Source: Planctomycetota bacterium | Lineage (GTDB): Bacteria > Planctomycetota > PLA2 > JAEUHO01 | NCBI GenBank assembly: GCA_965222115.1 | Contig: CBDCTJ010000007.1 | Location: forward strand, 2,656,001-2,720,000 | Direction of reading: 5' to 3' | Length of the DNA stretch: 64,000 nucleotides | In this document: positions 9,737 through 18,655 of the stretch, piece by piece | Layout of the letters: each line of letters opens with the position of its first letter | How positions within the stretch are numbered: position 1 is the stretch's first letter | The notes under the pieces: generated by a model | Database searches by the model: none | Seen by the model: only the letters and a program-made list of their open reading frames with translations | What the model was told of the DNA's origin: nothing | Translations under genes and position numbers: made by a program

Positions 9737-11224
9737 ATGGTTGATCTCTCACCCATCTCCCCGGCCATTGTGCTCACCATCGGCTTGCTGGCGGTGATCA
9801 TTGCCGATCTCGTTACGCGCGGCAAGCGCCCCACGATACCGATCGCGATAGCCATTATTTCGCTGGCCGTGAGCGTGGTGCTTGCTTGGACGCTCAAGGA
9901 CCAAGACAAGACCGTGCTCGGTGTCTTGCGCGCCGATCGATTCGGCAATGTGTTTACGCTTATCTGTTGCATTACCGGATTGATTACGGTCATTGCCACC
10001 ACCCGCGGTGAAGCGTTCCGTACACCGGGCGGTGAGTATCTCACCTTGATCCTGGCCGCAGTCATCGGTATGTCGCTGCTATCGATGTCGGTGGATCTGC
10101 TCACGCTTTATTTGGCGTTTGAAACCGTTTCGATTCCCAGCTACGTCCTGGTGGGCATGCGCCGGGCCGACGTGCGTGCCAACGAAGCGAGTCTCAAGTA
10201 TGTACTTTTTGGGGCCGTGTCATCGGGCGTGATGCTCTATGGCCTGTCCATGTTTGTGGGACTCGCCGGAACCACAACGCTCGACGGGCTGTCCGTAGCC
10301 ATCCAAAACGGCGCGGCTTCGCAACCCATCTTCTGGGTGGCGAGCTTGATGGTGTTGGCTGGATTCGCGTTCAAGATCTCAGCCGTACCGTTTCACTTTT
10401 GGGCACCGGATGTTTACGGGGGCGCCCCGGCAGCCGTTGGCGGCTTTTTGGCCGTTGCAAGTAAGGCGGCGGGCTTTGCGGCGCTCGTTCGCGTCGTGGC
10501 GGCAACCTTACCCAATGTGCTTCCAGCGGAAAACCCCATCACGGCGTTCTTGCCGGATGGCAATTTCCTCATGAAAGCCATCGCGGTTTGCGCAATTCTC
10601 ACAATGACGTTTGGCAACTTGGCAGCGCTCAAGCAGCGTGAAATCAAGCGACTCTTGGCGTGGTCGAGCATTGCCCACGCGGGCTACATCTTGCTGGCGA
10701 TATCCGTGTGGGGCAAAGACGCGATTGCGGGCCTTGTGCTCTATCTCGTCGCCTACTTGTTGATGAATCTCGCGGCGTTTTTCGTGGCGGGTATCGCCAT
10801 TCGGGAAACGGGGACCGGCAAAATTTCGGCGTTCCGTGGCCTCGCCAAGCGCAATGTGTGGCTCGCCGCCTCACTCACGCTCTGCCTGTTTAGCCTCACG
10901 GGACTGCCGCCCTTCTTTGGTTTCATCGGCAAGTTGCAGATCTTTACGGCCATCTTTGAAAAGGGCTACGCGTGGCTCGGCGTCATCGGCCTCGTCAATG
11001 GCGTCATTTCGCTTTACTACTATGCCAAAGTTGCCATGGCCATGTGGCCGTTCGATAGCGATGAGACGTCGCCCCAGCACGCGCCCATACGCCTGTCCTT
11101 GGTTGATGGCGTGTTGTGTGCCGTATTGGCGCTGCCGTTGCTTGGCTTCTTTGTGTGGTGGGGGCCCCTCTGGGAGTGGGCGCAGACCGTCGTGCCCACC
11201 CTCGCGGGAGGGATGCCGTCATGA
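9737..11224 (+). CDS. nuoN: NADH-quinone oxidoreductase subunit N
   Basis: EASLKY, FKISAVPFHFWAPDVYGGAP and KRLLAWSSIAHAGY motifs. Confidence 0.96.
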   Translation: MVDLSPISPAIVLTIGLLAVIIADLVTRGKRPTIPIAIAIISLAVSVVLAWTLKDQDKTVLGVLRADRFGNVFTLICCITGLITVIATTRGEAFRTPGGEYLTLILAAVIGMSLLSMSVDLLTLYLAFETVSIPSYVLVGMRRADVRANEASLKYVLFGAVSSGVMLYGLSMFVGLAGTTTLDGLSVAIQNGAASQPIFWVASLMVLAGFAFKISAVPFHFWAPDVYGGAPAAVGGFLAVASKAAGFAALVRVVAATLPNVLPAENPITAFLPDGNFLMKAIAVCAILTMTFGNLAALKQREIKRLLAWSSIAHAGYILLAISVWGKDAIAGLVLYLVAYLLMNLAAFFVAGIAIRETGTGKISAFRGLAKRNVWLAASLTLCLFSLTGLPPFFGFIGKLQIFTAIFEKGYAWLGVIGLVNGVISLYYYAKVAMAMWPFDSDETSPQHAPIRLSLVDGVLCAVLALPLLGFFVWWGPLWEWAQTVVPTLAGGMPS

Positions 11225-12495
11225 CCGACACGCTACCTGGACTCTCGCCCGAATTGCGGCGTCGCCTCAACACCCTCTTCTCGCGTTCGTATTACAGCGC
11301 GGCGGGGTACGTATTCGAGTCGCAACCCTATCTCGTTGATACCGACCTCCCGGTCATGAACCGTCTTGCCGACGTGCGCGAGGATGATCGCCAACATGCA
11401 CTGTTGCTTGCCGGCCTCACCGAAATGTACGACCTCGTGCCTGAACCTGGCGCGTTTCCCTATTGGCACCGTGATCTCAATTACCTGACGGCTCCCTATA
11501 TGGCGGGCTTCGTAGTCGAGTCACTGGAAGACGATATTGCGCTCTACAAGGAAACGATTAGCGCGTTTCCGGAGGAAATGCGCGTTGCCCACACGGCTCT
11601 GCGTACGATTCTTCGAGAGAAGGAGACGACGCTCGGCGAGTTGCGAGCCGTCGCTGCCAATGCGAAAGCGCGCGAAGCAGAGACGTATGCGGAGAAGATC
11701 GTTGCCGTCAAGAAGGCGCGCGCCGATCGGTTGGCGGCGGAAAAAGCCGCCAAAGCTGCCGCGCGCAAGAAGAAGTCTGCCAAACCTGTCAAGGTCACCC
11801 TCGACTACGATCCCACGGAAGGCATGCCCGATCCTCACGAAGCGGGCATTTCCATGGAAGAGAATGCGCGACGAAAGATTGCGCGCCTGAAAGCTGTCAA
11901 AGAAGCCATGGCGAAGGCAGCCGCTGGTGTCGGCGCAGCATCCAGCGGACCGGTGTATGTGGATCTCAGCAAGTATCCCGATCCCGCCGAACCGGGCATC
12001 TCCATGGAGGAGAACGCCAAGCGCAAGATCGCGCGCTTGAAGGCACTCAAAGATGCGGGGCCCGGCGCCATTGCAGGGAAACCGCCTGCCGGTGTGACCG
12101 CGGCTGCAGGCGGCGACGACAACTTCGGTCTGCCCGATCCCAATGAAAAGGGCATCAGTCCTAAGGAACGAGCCAAGCGCACCATGATGATCAAACGTGC
12201 GCGCAAAAAGGCCGAAGCGGAAGGCGGAGCCGCCTCACCCACAAGCGATCCGGCCGCAGGCATGCCCGACCCCAACGAGCCTGGCATCTCGTCGAAAGAG
12301 AAAGCCAAGCGCACCATGATGATCAAACGTGCGCAAAAGAAGGCCGAAGCAGCAGGTGGTGCGGGCGCCGCCGCACCTGCGAGTGATCCCGCCGCCGGAA
12401 TGCCGGATCCCGATGAACCGGGTATCTCGCCGAAGGAGAAGGCGAAGCGCACGATGATGATTAAGCGGGCACGGAAGAAGGCGGAAGAGGGGTAG
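11221..12495 (+). CDS. Hypothetical protein: putative ferritin-like N-terminal helical domain plus five C-terminal PDPxExGIS-basic-helix repeats
   Basis: Start overlaps the nuoN stop (ATGA); EDDRQH helix resembles a ferritin-like ExxH; five ~30-aa repeats visible. The fold assignment is inference. Confidence 0.75.
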   Translation: MTDTLPGLSPELRRRLNTLFSRSYYSAAGYVFESQPYLVDTDLPVMNRLADVREDDRQHALLLAGLTEMYDLVPEPGAFPYWHRDLNYLTAPYMAGFVVESLEDDIALYKETISAFPEEMRVAHTALRTILREKETTLGELRAVAANAKAREAETYAEKIVAVKKARADRLAAEKAAKAAARKKKSAKPVKVTLDYDPTEGMPDPHEAGISMEENARRKIARLKAVKEAMAKAAAGVGAASSGPVYVDLSKYPDPAEPGISMEENAKRKIARLKALKDAGPGAIAGKPPAGVTAAAGGDDNFGLPDPNEKGISPKERAKRTMMIKRARKKAEAEGGAASPTSDPAAGMPDPNEPGISSKEKAKRTMMIKRAQKKAEAAGGAGAAAPASDPAAGMPDPDEPGISPKEKAKRTMMIKRARKKAEEG

Positions 12496-12542
12496 GGGAT
12501 TCGATCATGGGCTCATGCGCGGCGACGCCATTCGCTCGTTTC

Positions 12543-12716
12543 CCCGTCACCCGAAACCCGAACTCAAGTGTGAGCGTCCGGTGATCGATTCGCGCCAGTT
12601 CGTGGACGTCAAGAGCAAATGGCTTTGCCATTTGCGCGAAGACCGTGAGTAAGCACCAGCAGATCTCTGATCCGCGCAGTGCGCATCGATCGGTGGACGT
12701 GGACGTACAAGTGGAC
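12543..12716 (+). repeat. Structured repeat module R, copy 1 (full; 1 internal GTGGAC)
   Basis: CCCGTCA CCCGAAA ladder, CTCAAGTGTGAGCGTCC, GATCGATTCGCGCC, GCAAATGGC-TTT-GCCATTTGC hairpin, GAGTAAGCACCAGC, GATCTCTGATCCGCGCAGTGCGCATCGA..GTGGACG. Confidence 0.9.
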
Positions 12717-12736
12717 AAAAGCGTGTATCGGAGAAG

Positions 12737-12782
12737 GACCCCAACGGGGTCACGTGTAATAGCCTGGGGTTTTAACCCCAGG
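12737..12782. repeat. REP-like double palindrome
   Basis: GACCCC-AAC-GGGGTC (12737-12751) and CCTGGGGTT-TT-AACCCCAGG (12763-12782). Confidence 0.6.
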
Positions 12783-12878
12783 TATAGTCGTCTCTTCTCT
12801 TTAGCGTTCTGTAGGGACGCCGCCCGACTGCATGCAAGTCCGAGTGAGCTCCTGCGATTTCTAATCTGCGCAGAACGC

Positions 12879-13041
12879 ACCGAACTGCTTGCTGTATGAC
12901 TTGAAAGTGCACGGGGCAACACCCTTTGGGAAGTGCTACGTGCATGCCCCACTCGCCACGAGGGCGAGGGCACGCACTCGCATTCCCGCGGGTGTTTCCT
13001 CGTGGAGCTTCTCGTATGTCATACAGCAAACAGTTCTCGGT
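12879..13041 (+). promoter_or_regulatory. Long leader hairpin (type A) overlapping the start of the four-helix-bundle gene
   Basis: 12882-12900 pairs with 13018-13036 (18/19); nested stems CACGGGGCAACACCC/GGGTGTTTCCTCGTG, GTGCATGCCC/GGGCACGCAC and CTCGCC/GGCGAG. Confidence 0.8.
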
Positions 13042-13402
13042 TACTTCCACGGCGGGTCGGCTTGAACGATTCGATGTGTATCGAATCGCACGTCGTGTCG
13101 CGGCCAGTATTCACCAGCTCTGTGGATCGCTGCCTCGAGGCAACGCCGAGCTTGCAAGCCAAGCTCGACGAGCCTCTACAGCCGTCGTCCTCAACATCGC
13201 GGAGGGTATCGGCCGCGCTGGCGCGGGCGCCAAACACCGCTCGTTCTCAATTGCTCGCGGTGAGTGCGTCGAGGCCGCCGCGGCACTCGACCTCATGCAG
13301 GCGATGGGCATTATCACAGGAGCCAGCGCCGCACCGACGCTTCATGATCTAGATCGCGTCCGCGCGATGCTGAATGCGCTGATCCGCCGCTGGCGGGAGT
13401 GA
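13016..13402 (+). CDS. Four-helix-bundle protein (bAvd / 23S rRNA IVP-like family), subfamily A copy 1
   Basis: 128 aa; RFDVY...LASQARRASTAVVLNIAEGIGR...FSIARGECVE matches the family signature; GGAG upstream of the ATG. Confidence 0.9.
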   Translation: MSYSKQFSVTSTAGRLERFDVYRIARRVAASIHQLCGSLPRGNAELASQARRASTAVVLNIAEGIGRAGAGAKHRSFSIARGECVEAAAALDLMQAMGIITGASAAPTLHDLDRVRAMLNALIRRWRE

Positions 13403-13468
13403 GGCACGCCCATTCGCAGCGAACCTCGCAAAAAGTGCCGGGTGTAATTTTGCACCGGTTAGCGCACT

Positions 13469-13845
13469 CCCGCCACCCGTCACCCGTTCCCCGAAACCCG
13501 TCACCCGGACTCAAGTGTGAGCGTCCGATAATCGATTCGTGTCGCGTTCAAAACGTGGACGTGGACGTGGACGTGGACGTGGACGTGGACGTGGACGTGG
13601 ACGTGGACGTGGACGTGGACGTGGACGTGGACGTGGACGTGGACGTGGACGTGGACGTGGACGTGGACGTGGACGTGGACGTGGACGTGGACGTGGACGT
13701 GGACGTGGACGTGGACGTGGACGTGGACGTGGACGTGGACGTGGACGTGGACGTCGAGAGCAGATGGGCGAAGCCCGTTTGCACGAGACCCTGAGCAAGC
13801 ACCAGAGGATCTGTGATCCGCGCGGTGCGCATCGAAGGGTGGACG
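13469..13845 (+). repeat. Module R copy 2 (full) containing (GTGGAC)33 at 13555-13752
   Basis: Five-heptamer ladder, CTCAAGTGTGAGCGTCC, perfect 198-bp hexamer array, GATGGGC-GAA-GCCCGTT hairpin, conserved 3' tail. Confidence 0.95.
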
Positions 13846-13858
13846 CCCTCGATGCCTA

Positions 13859-14551
13859 TCACGCACGGCGTGGCGGGCCGTCGAGGATGTCGGCGTGTGG
13901 CGCGTCTCTTATTGTCTTTCGTTCCGCTCCGCGTTCGCGGAGATGAAGAGTCAGGTCGACTACGATCTTCGCGATGACGAGAACAGCCAGGATGCCGATG
14001 GTGCTGTTGAAGAGCAAGACAACAAAGTTACCTAAAATAATGGCGAACTGCATGATAAAGATTCGCGTGTACGCCGCGGCCATGGGATCGAAGGATGCGT
14101 CCGCTGCCTGGACAACGTTCTTCTTAAAGTTCAAGGCATACGAAATGCCGTGGCTAACAAACATCGCGCCTATCACCAGAAGCCAGTGCGGTTCCAGTCT
14201 ACCAAGTGTATCGATCGTGTAGTTGAAGAACGAGTGGGACTTGGGTCGCGAAATCAGGATGCTGTTTGACCATGAAGGTCTCGTCAGTATCCACAGGAAC
14301 AATGCGTGTCCCACCATAAACCCACCGAAGTGCAGCGTGAAGAAGGACACGTCAAAGAACGCATTCCTTTTCCTCTTGAGTGAGAACAACTTCAGAATGG
14401 AGTAGAATCCGATGACGGCAGATTCGGCCCAGTATAGATAGAGCACCATGGCGAGGTCCCACCCCCCTGCCAGCACGCCGTAGAGTGGAATCAAGTTGAC
14501 GGCAATCAGTGTGAAGATTGCGAGTGGATGGGAGCGTGCAAATTGCGTCAT
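13859..14551 (-). CDS. Membrane protein, DUF6498-like
   Basis: NLIPLYGVLAGGW...LYWAESAVIG, FFTLHFGGF..GH and YTRIFIMQ pattern; multiple TM helices. Confidence 0.75.
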   Translation of the reverse strand: MTQFARSHPLAIFTLIAVNLIPLYGVLAGGWDLAMVLYLYWAESAVIGFYSILKLFSLKRKRNAFFDVSFFTLHFGGFMVGHALFLWILTRPSWSNSILISRPKSHSFFNYTIDTLGRLEPHWLLVIGAMFVSHGISYALNFKKNVVQAADASFDPMAAAYTRIFIMQFAIILGNFVVLLFNSTIGILAVLVIAKIVVDLTLHLRERGAERKTIRDAPHADILDGPPRRA

Positions 14552-14713
14552 GATCGCGAGACTCCTGAATCGGGAATGCATGTCAAGCGCAGTTCGAGTA
14601 TCGGGGGCATCGCATGGCGCAAAATTTCAGTTTCAGCATCCGAGGCGAATTTCTAGCCCCCTGCGGTGCGCTTCGGAAGGGACTCCGGTACGTGATTCGG
14701 TAAGCTCTCGACC

Positions 14714-15709
14714 ATGGCCAGCAGTTTCGGAAGCGTGTTCTGTTCGACGTATGCCCTCGCTACATTCGAGAGCGGGGGCTGGAGTCCATGGACGCTTGCG
14801 CCTGTGGCACCCATCTCGATTCATCCGGGGGCGCACGGGCTGCACTACGGAAGCAGTTGTTTCGAAGGGCTCAAGGCGTATCGCCGCGACGACGGACGAG
14901 TACACATCTTTCGCCTTGACCGGCATGTTGAACGCATGCAGGCGAGCGCAGAGGCTTTGCGGCTGCCCGTTCCCGATGCCTCGCAATTTCACGACATGAT
15001 CTATGCGTTGGTTGATCGGTGCCGCGATGAGGTTCCGGTCTATCCAGGCGCCCTCTACATTCGACCGATTCTCTTTGGCACGTTGGAGTCGGTTGGCGCG
15101 GCCGGATCCGCGAGCGACGAAGCGCAACTCGTTGTTTTGGTGTGTCCCGTGGGAGACTACTTTGAGGGCGGTATGCGACCGCTTCGTATAGCCACTGTCA
15201 CCGATCGTGCACGCGCCGCACCTGGATTCGGTTGCGTAAAGACGGGTTCGAACTATGCCGCGGCGCTGCGCCCTGTCCTCACCGCGAAGCGAGACCATGA
15301 CGCCGATCAAGTGTTGTTTTGTCCAGATGGCAACGTTCAGGAGACAGGCGCCGCCAACTTCATCGTGATTCACAACAAGACGGTGATTACCAAACCACTG
15401 GACGACACGATCTTGCACGGCGTCACCCGCGACTCCCTGCTGACGATTGCACCTTCACTTGGCTTCAATGTAGAAGAACGCGAGTTCTCCGTGGATGAGC
15501 TACTTACGTGGGCGCCGAACGCAGAAGCAGGTTTGTCCGGTACCGCGGCCGTACTTGCGCCGGTTGGCGTGCTCATTCACGAGGGCAAAGAGCACGTGGT
15601 GGGTGATGGGAGCATTGGTCCGAACGTCAGAAAGCTGCGTGAAGCATTGACCGCGATTCAATCCGGCGATGCCGAAGATGAGTACGGGTGGTTGCTGTCC
15701 GTGACGTAA
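14714..15709 (+). CDS. ilvE: Branched-chain amino acid aminotransferase (PLP class IV)
   Basis: LHYGSSCFEGLKAYR, LYIRP, KTGSNY, ETGAAN and ILHGVTRDS motifs. Confidence 0.93.
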   Translation: MASSFGSVFCSTYALATFESGGWSPWTLAPVAPISIHPGAHGLHYGSSCFEGLKAYRRDDGRVHIFRLDRHVERMQASAEALRLPVPDASQFHDMIYALVDRCRDEVPVYPGALYIRPILFGTLESVGAAGSASDEAQLVVLVCPVGDYFEGGMRPLRIATVTDRARAAPGFGCVKTGSNYAAALRPVLTAKRDHDADQVLFCPDGNVQETGAANFIVIHNKTVITKPLDDTILHGVTRDSLLTIAPSLGFNVEEREFSVDELLTWAPNAEAGLSGTAAVLAPVGVLIHEGKEHVVGDGSIGPNVRKLREALTAIQSGDAEDEYGWLLSVT

Positions 15710-15752
15710 CGCATGCATGTGCTACTCGACATATGTCCCGCGCTCATCGTTT

Positions 15753-15834
15753 CCCTTTTCCCGTTTCCCGTCACCCGGAATCCAGATTTGTGCCGGGTGC
15801 ATTTTCGCGCGCGGTGTGCATCGAAGGGTAGACG
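15753..15834 (+). repeat. Module R copy 3 (partial: heptamers plus 3' tail)
   Basis: CCCGTTT CCCGTCA CCCGGAA ... GCGCGGTGTGCATCGAAGGGTAGACG. Confidence 0.75.
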
Positions 15835-15835
15835 C

Positions 15836-16210
15836 TCATGGAACGTTGAATCGCCGCTGGAGGACGAACAACATCGCGGCGGTTCGCTCCAGCGTGTTCA
15901 TGACTCGCGAAACTTTGAGTTCACTCGAGAGACGGAGTAGGAGCGCGTGATGTAGAGCCGCGATGGCTTCGGTGCATTCGGCGTGTGCAATGTCGTAGGC
16001 CCTGCGCTTCTCGGCTGCCCGCCGTTTCGATAGGCCTTCGGCGACGTTTAGGGCAACGCTGGTGCTTGCGCGCCTGAGTTGATCGGCAAGTTTTGCGTTG
16101 CCTCGTGGCCACTCGGCGCAGATGGCGACGCACTCGACTGCCGCGGCCTGCGAAGCACGGTAGACGTCGAAGCGTTTGAGGTACTCGAGCGTTGAAGACG
16201 CGCTTGTCAT
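15836..16210 (-). CDS. Four-helix-bundle protein, subfamily B copy 1
   Basis: 124 aa; RFDVY...LADQLRRASTSVALNVAEG...YDIAHAECTE; GGAG SD 7 nt upstream. Confidence 0.9.
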   Translation of the reverse strand: MTSASSTLEYLKRFDVYRASQAAAVECVAICAEWPRGNAKLADQLRRASTSVALNVAEGLSKRRAAEKRRAYDIAHAECTEAIAALHHALLLRLSSELKVSRVMNTLERTAAMLFVLQRRFNVP

Positions 16211-16366
16211 GATGGAACTCCAGTTGAAGGGAACGCAAGCCGTTTGCTCGCGTGTGCCCTTCGCAAAAGAGCCGAAGGCGAAGGAGGGCACACGCGAGCG
16301 GGTCGTACAAACAGAGCCCGCGTGACAGCGACAACTCGTTCCCAAACTGGAGTTCCATCACAAGCG
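16201..16366 (-). promoter_or_regulatory. Long leader hairpin (type B) sequestering the SD and start codon
   Basis: 16201-16225 pairs with 16345-16366 with a 3-nt bulge at the start codon; inner stems GGGAACG/CGTTCCC and GCTCGCGTGTGCCCT/AGGGCACACGCGAGC. Confidence 0.82.
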
Positions 16367-16417
16367 GCGCCTGCGCGTACCGAACGCGCTATGGCAACCG
16401 GCGGTGCTGTCCAAGGC

Positions 16418-16657
16418 CCAGTCACCCTTCACCCGTTACCCGTTACCCGTAAACCGAATCCCAGACTCAAGGGTGAGCGTCGGATGGACGATTCGCGCCG
16501 TCTTTACGTGGACGTGGACGTGGACGTGGACGTGGACGTGGACGTGGACGTGGACGTGGACGTGGACGTGGACGTGGACGTGGACGTGGACGTGGACGTG
16601 GACGTGGACGTGGACGTGGACGTGGACGTGGACGTGGACGTGGACGTGGACGTGGAA
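16418..16657 (+). repeat. Module R copy 4 (5' half) with (GTGGAC)24 at 16508-16651
   Basis: Heptamer ladder, CTCAAGGGTGAGCGTCGG, GATTCGCGCC, perfect 144-bp array. Confidence 0.95.
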
Positions 16658-16673
16658 TCAGATTGGGTGCATC

Positions 16674-17474
16674 TTAGTCGTCGTCTTTCTTGGGTACGTC
16701 TTTCTCAATCCACGACGTAATCATGTACCGCACTTCGACCCATGAAAGCGTGATTGTGTACTCGCGCGTTAGATGCTCATAGGTTACGAGGTACTTTGCT
16801 TGTAGGGAGTCGTTTTCACCGGGCCCAAACGATGTGCGCATGAGATTCTTGAACGCGCCTTGTTTTCCATCGACGAGATCGATCTTGGTTGGCAGTGACT
16901 CACGCTCAATCATATCGCCCGATACGAACTTCGAGATGGTTTGAGGATTGCCTTGCGCGACCTGCTCAACGGCGCCGCGCATGGCGTCCTGTTCGAGCAG
17001 TTTCCGCTGTTCATCGCGGGCAGTGATTACGTGCTCAGCCTGTGCGGCGCGAGGGGTTAACGTGTAACGTGCGATTAGCCAGCGGCCGCCTGTGGCTGGA
17101 TTTCGCCTAAGATGAAACGTGGAATCAAGGATGACGTGTTCGCAACTCAGCGTAGCAAGTACCGTCTTTCGCGCCTTGCCTCCTGTTTCCGACACCTCCT
17201 CGATTCGAATGTCGTTTACCGCTCTCACGTTTCCGAATTGGGCTTGATACTGTTTCCGCTGTTCGCCGAATGCATGGGGGTGCCAATACACAAGAAGGGG
17301 CTTAGCGACATGTGGAAGTGTTTCGATGGAGTCATGCACCGCGTTGGACAACAGCGCCTTTGCGAATTCGGTAACGATGACCTCATGGGCGTCCTTCGTG
17401 GTTAGCGAGCTGATGGCGGCGAATAGCACACACGCCAACAACGTAAGCCCAAGCGCCTTGAATACGGGACCCAC
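16674..17474 (-). CDS. Hypothetical exported or membrane-anchored protein
   Basis: 266-aa ORF with an N-terminal hydrophobic helix; directly downstream of the dehydrogenase gene. Confidence 0.7.
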   Translation of the reverse strand: MGPVFKALGLTLLACVLFAAISSLTTKDAHEVIVTEFAKALLSNAVHDSIETLPHVAKPLLVYWHPHAFGEQRKQYQAQFGNVRAVNDIRIEEVSETGGKARKTVLATLSCEHVILDSTFHLRRNPATGGRWLIARYTLTPRAAQAEHVITARDEQRKLLEQDAMRGAVEQVAQGNPQTISKFVSGDMIERESLPTKIDLVDGKQGAFKNLMRTSFGPGENDSLQAKYLVTYEHLTREYTITLSWVEVRYMITSWIEKDVPKKDDD

Positions 17475-17485
17475 GGCGCGGCCTC

Positions 17486-18517
17486 CTACGAAGATGCCTT
17501 CGGCTGCTTCTTCACTTCTTCAACGATCGCGCGCGTGATGTCATCGGTGGTGCCATTCCCGCCTAGGTCAGGCGTCAATGCTTCCTTGCGATGGCTCGTT
17601 ACGGCGGCGACACCACGGCGAATGCGATGGTACGCATCTACATCACCCAAGTGATGACACATCATGGCAGCACTGAGAATCATTGCGATTGGATTGGCGA
17701 CACCTTTGCCCGCAATGTCTGGGGCGGTGCCGTGGATCGCCTCAAACACGGCGCACTCTGCCCCGTAGTTTCCGCCCGGAGCCAAACCGAGGCCGCCAAT
17801 CAGGCCGGCCGCCAGGTCGCTCACAATGTCCCCGTATAGATTTTCAAGAAGAAGAACGTCGTAACGGCCGGGATTGGTCACTAGGTGCATGCACAACGCG
17901 TCAACGAGGACATCGGTAAACTCGACGGTGCCCCTAAACGGTTCCGATGATTCTTCTGCACAGCGCAAGAACAGGCCATCCGCCTTCTTCATGATGTTTG
18001 CCTTGTGAACGGCAGTGACCTTCTTACGCTCCCAGCGCTTGGCGTAGGAAAACGCGAACTCGGCGATGCGACGACTGGCGCGATCTGTAATAACCTTTAG
18101 TGAGGTGACGACGCCCGGTGCAACCTCGTTCTCCATGCCGGCATAAAGGTCTTCCGTGTTCTCACGAACGATGACCAAATCGACGGGACCGTGCGACGTC
18201 TCGAGACCGGGAACCGTTTTCACCGGACGAACATTGGCGAACAGTTCGAGCGCTTTCCGCAGTCGAACGTTGGCAGATACGTGGCCACCGCCACTTGGCG
18301 TGGTCGTGGGTCCCTTGAGCGCTACCCCAATGTCCCGAACGAGATCCACCGTCTTTGTAGGCATGGCGTCGCCGTGCTTCTCAAGGGCGCACAGGCCGAG
18401 ATCAGCCTCGATCCAGTCAAAGTTCATCTCAGCAGCATCAAGCACGCGACGCGCTGATGCAGCCACCTCCGGGCCGATACCGTCGCCGGGTAGATAGACA
18501 ACACGTGTACCGCTCAT
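17486..18517 (-). CDS. Isocitrate/isopropylmalate dehydrogenase family protein (NAD-dependent IDH-like)
   Basis: PGDGIGPEV, IVRENTEDLY, VHKANIMK, NLYGDIVSDL and FEAIHGTAPDIAGKG motifs. Confidence 0.92.
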   Translation of the reverse strand: MSGTRVVYLPGDGIGPEVAASARRVLDAAEMNFDWIEADLGLCALEKHGDAMPTKTVDLVRDIGVALKGPTTTPSGGGHVSANVRLRKALELFANVRPVKTVPGLETSHGPVDLVIVRENTEDLYAGMENEVAPGVVTSLKVITDRASRRIAEFAFSYAKRWERKKVTAVHKANIMKKADGLFLRCAEESSEPFRGTVEFTDVLVDALCMHLVTNPGRYDVLLLENLYGDIVSDLAAGLIGGLGLAPGGNYGAECAVFEAIHGTAPDIAGKGVANPIAMILSAAMMCHHLGDVDAYHRIRRGVAAVTSHRKEALTPDLGGNGTTDDITRAIVEEVKKQPKASS

Positions 18518-18655
18518 GCGGGGTATCCTCCGAACACACCGCGTGGGGCGCGCGAAAAAAGGCTTTGTGAACGACGCAAAGTATCGAGCATTTCGCGGCG
18601 CGTAGCGAATTGTCCAGGCGCCCAATGCGCCCATTTCTGATGGAGACCGCCGATC

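Noticed and set aside
12879-13041. Integron attC sites for the leader hairpins
   Set aside because: The ends (CCGAAC...GTTCTCG) do not fit RYYYAAC/GTTRRRY, the hairpins overlap gene starts rather than ends, and no integrase is present.
13501-13946. Poly-VH, RP, RG and ST ORFs across the arrays (also at 16244-16745, 21309-21644 and 31416-31655)
   Set aside because: They are open only because the hexamer has no stop in any frame. Not annotated as CDS; one low-interest finding is kept.
16211-16345. N-terminal extensions of the four-helix ORFs in the ORF track (also 12926, 20921 and 31270 starts)
   Set aside because: The extensions run through the leader hairpin and are not conserved in frame. 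SD-preceded ATGs give uniform 124/128-aa proteins.
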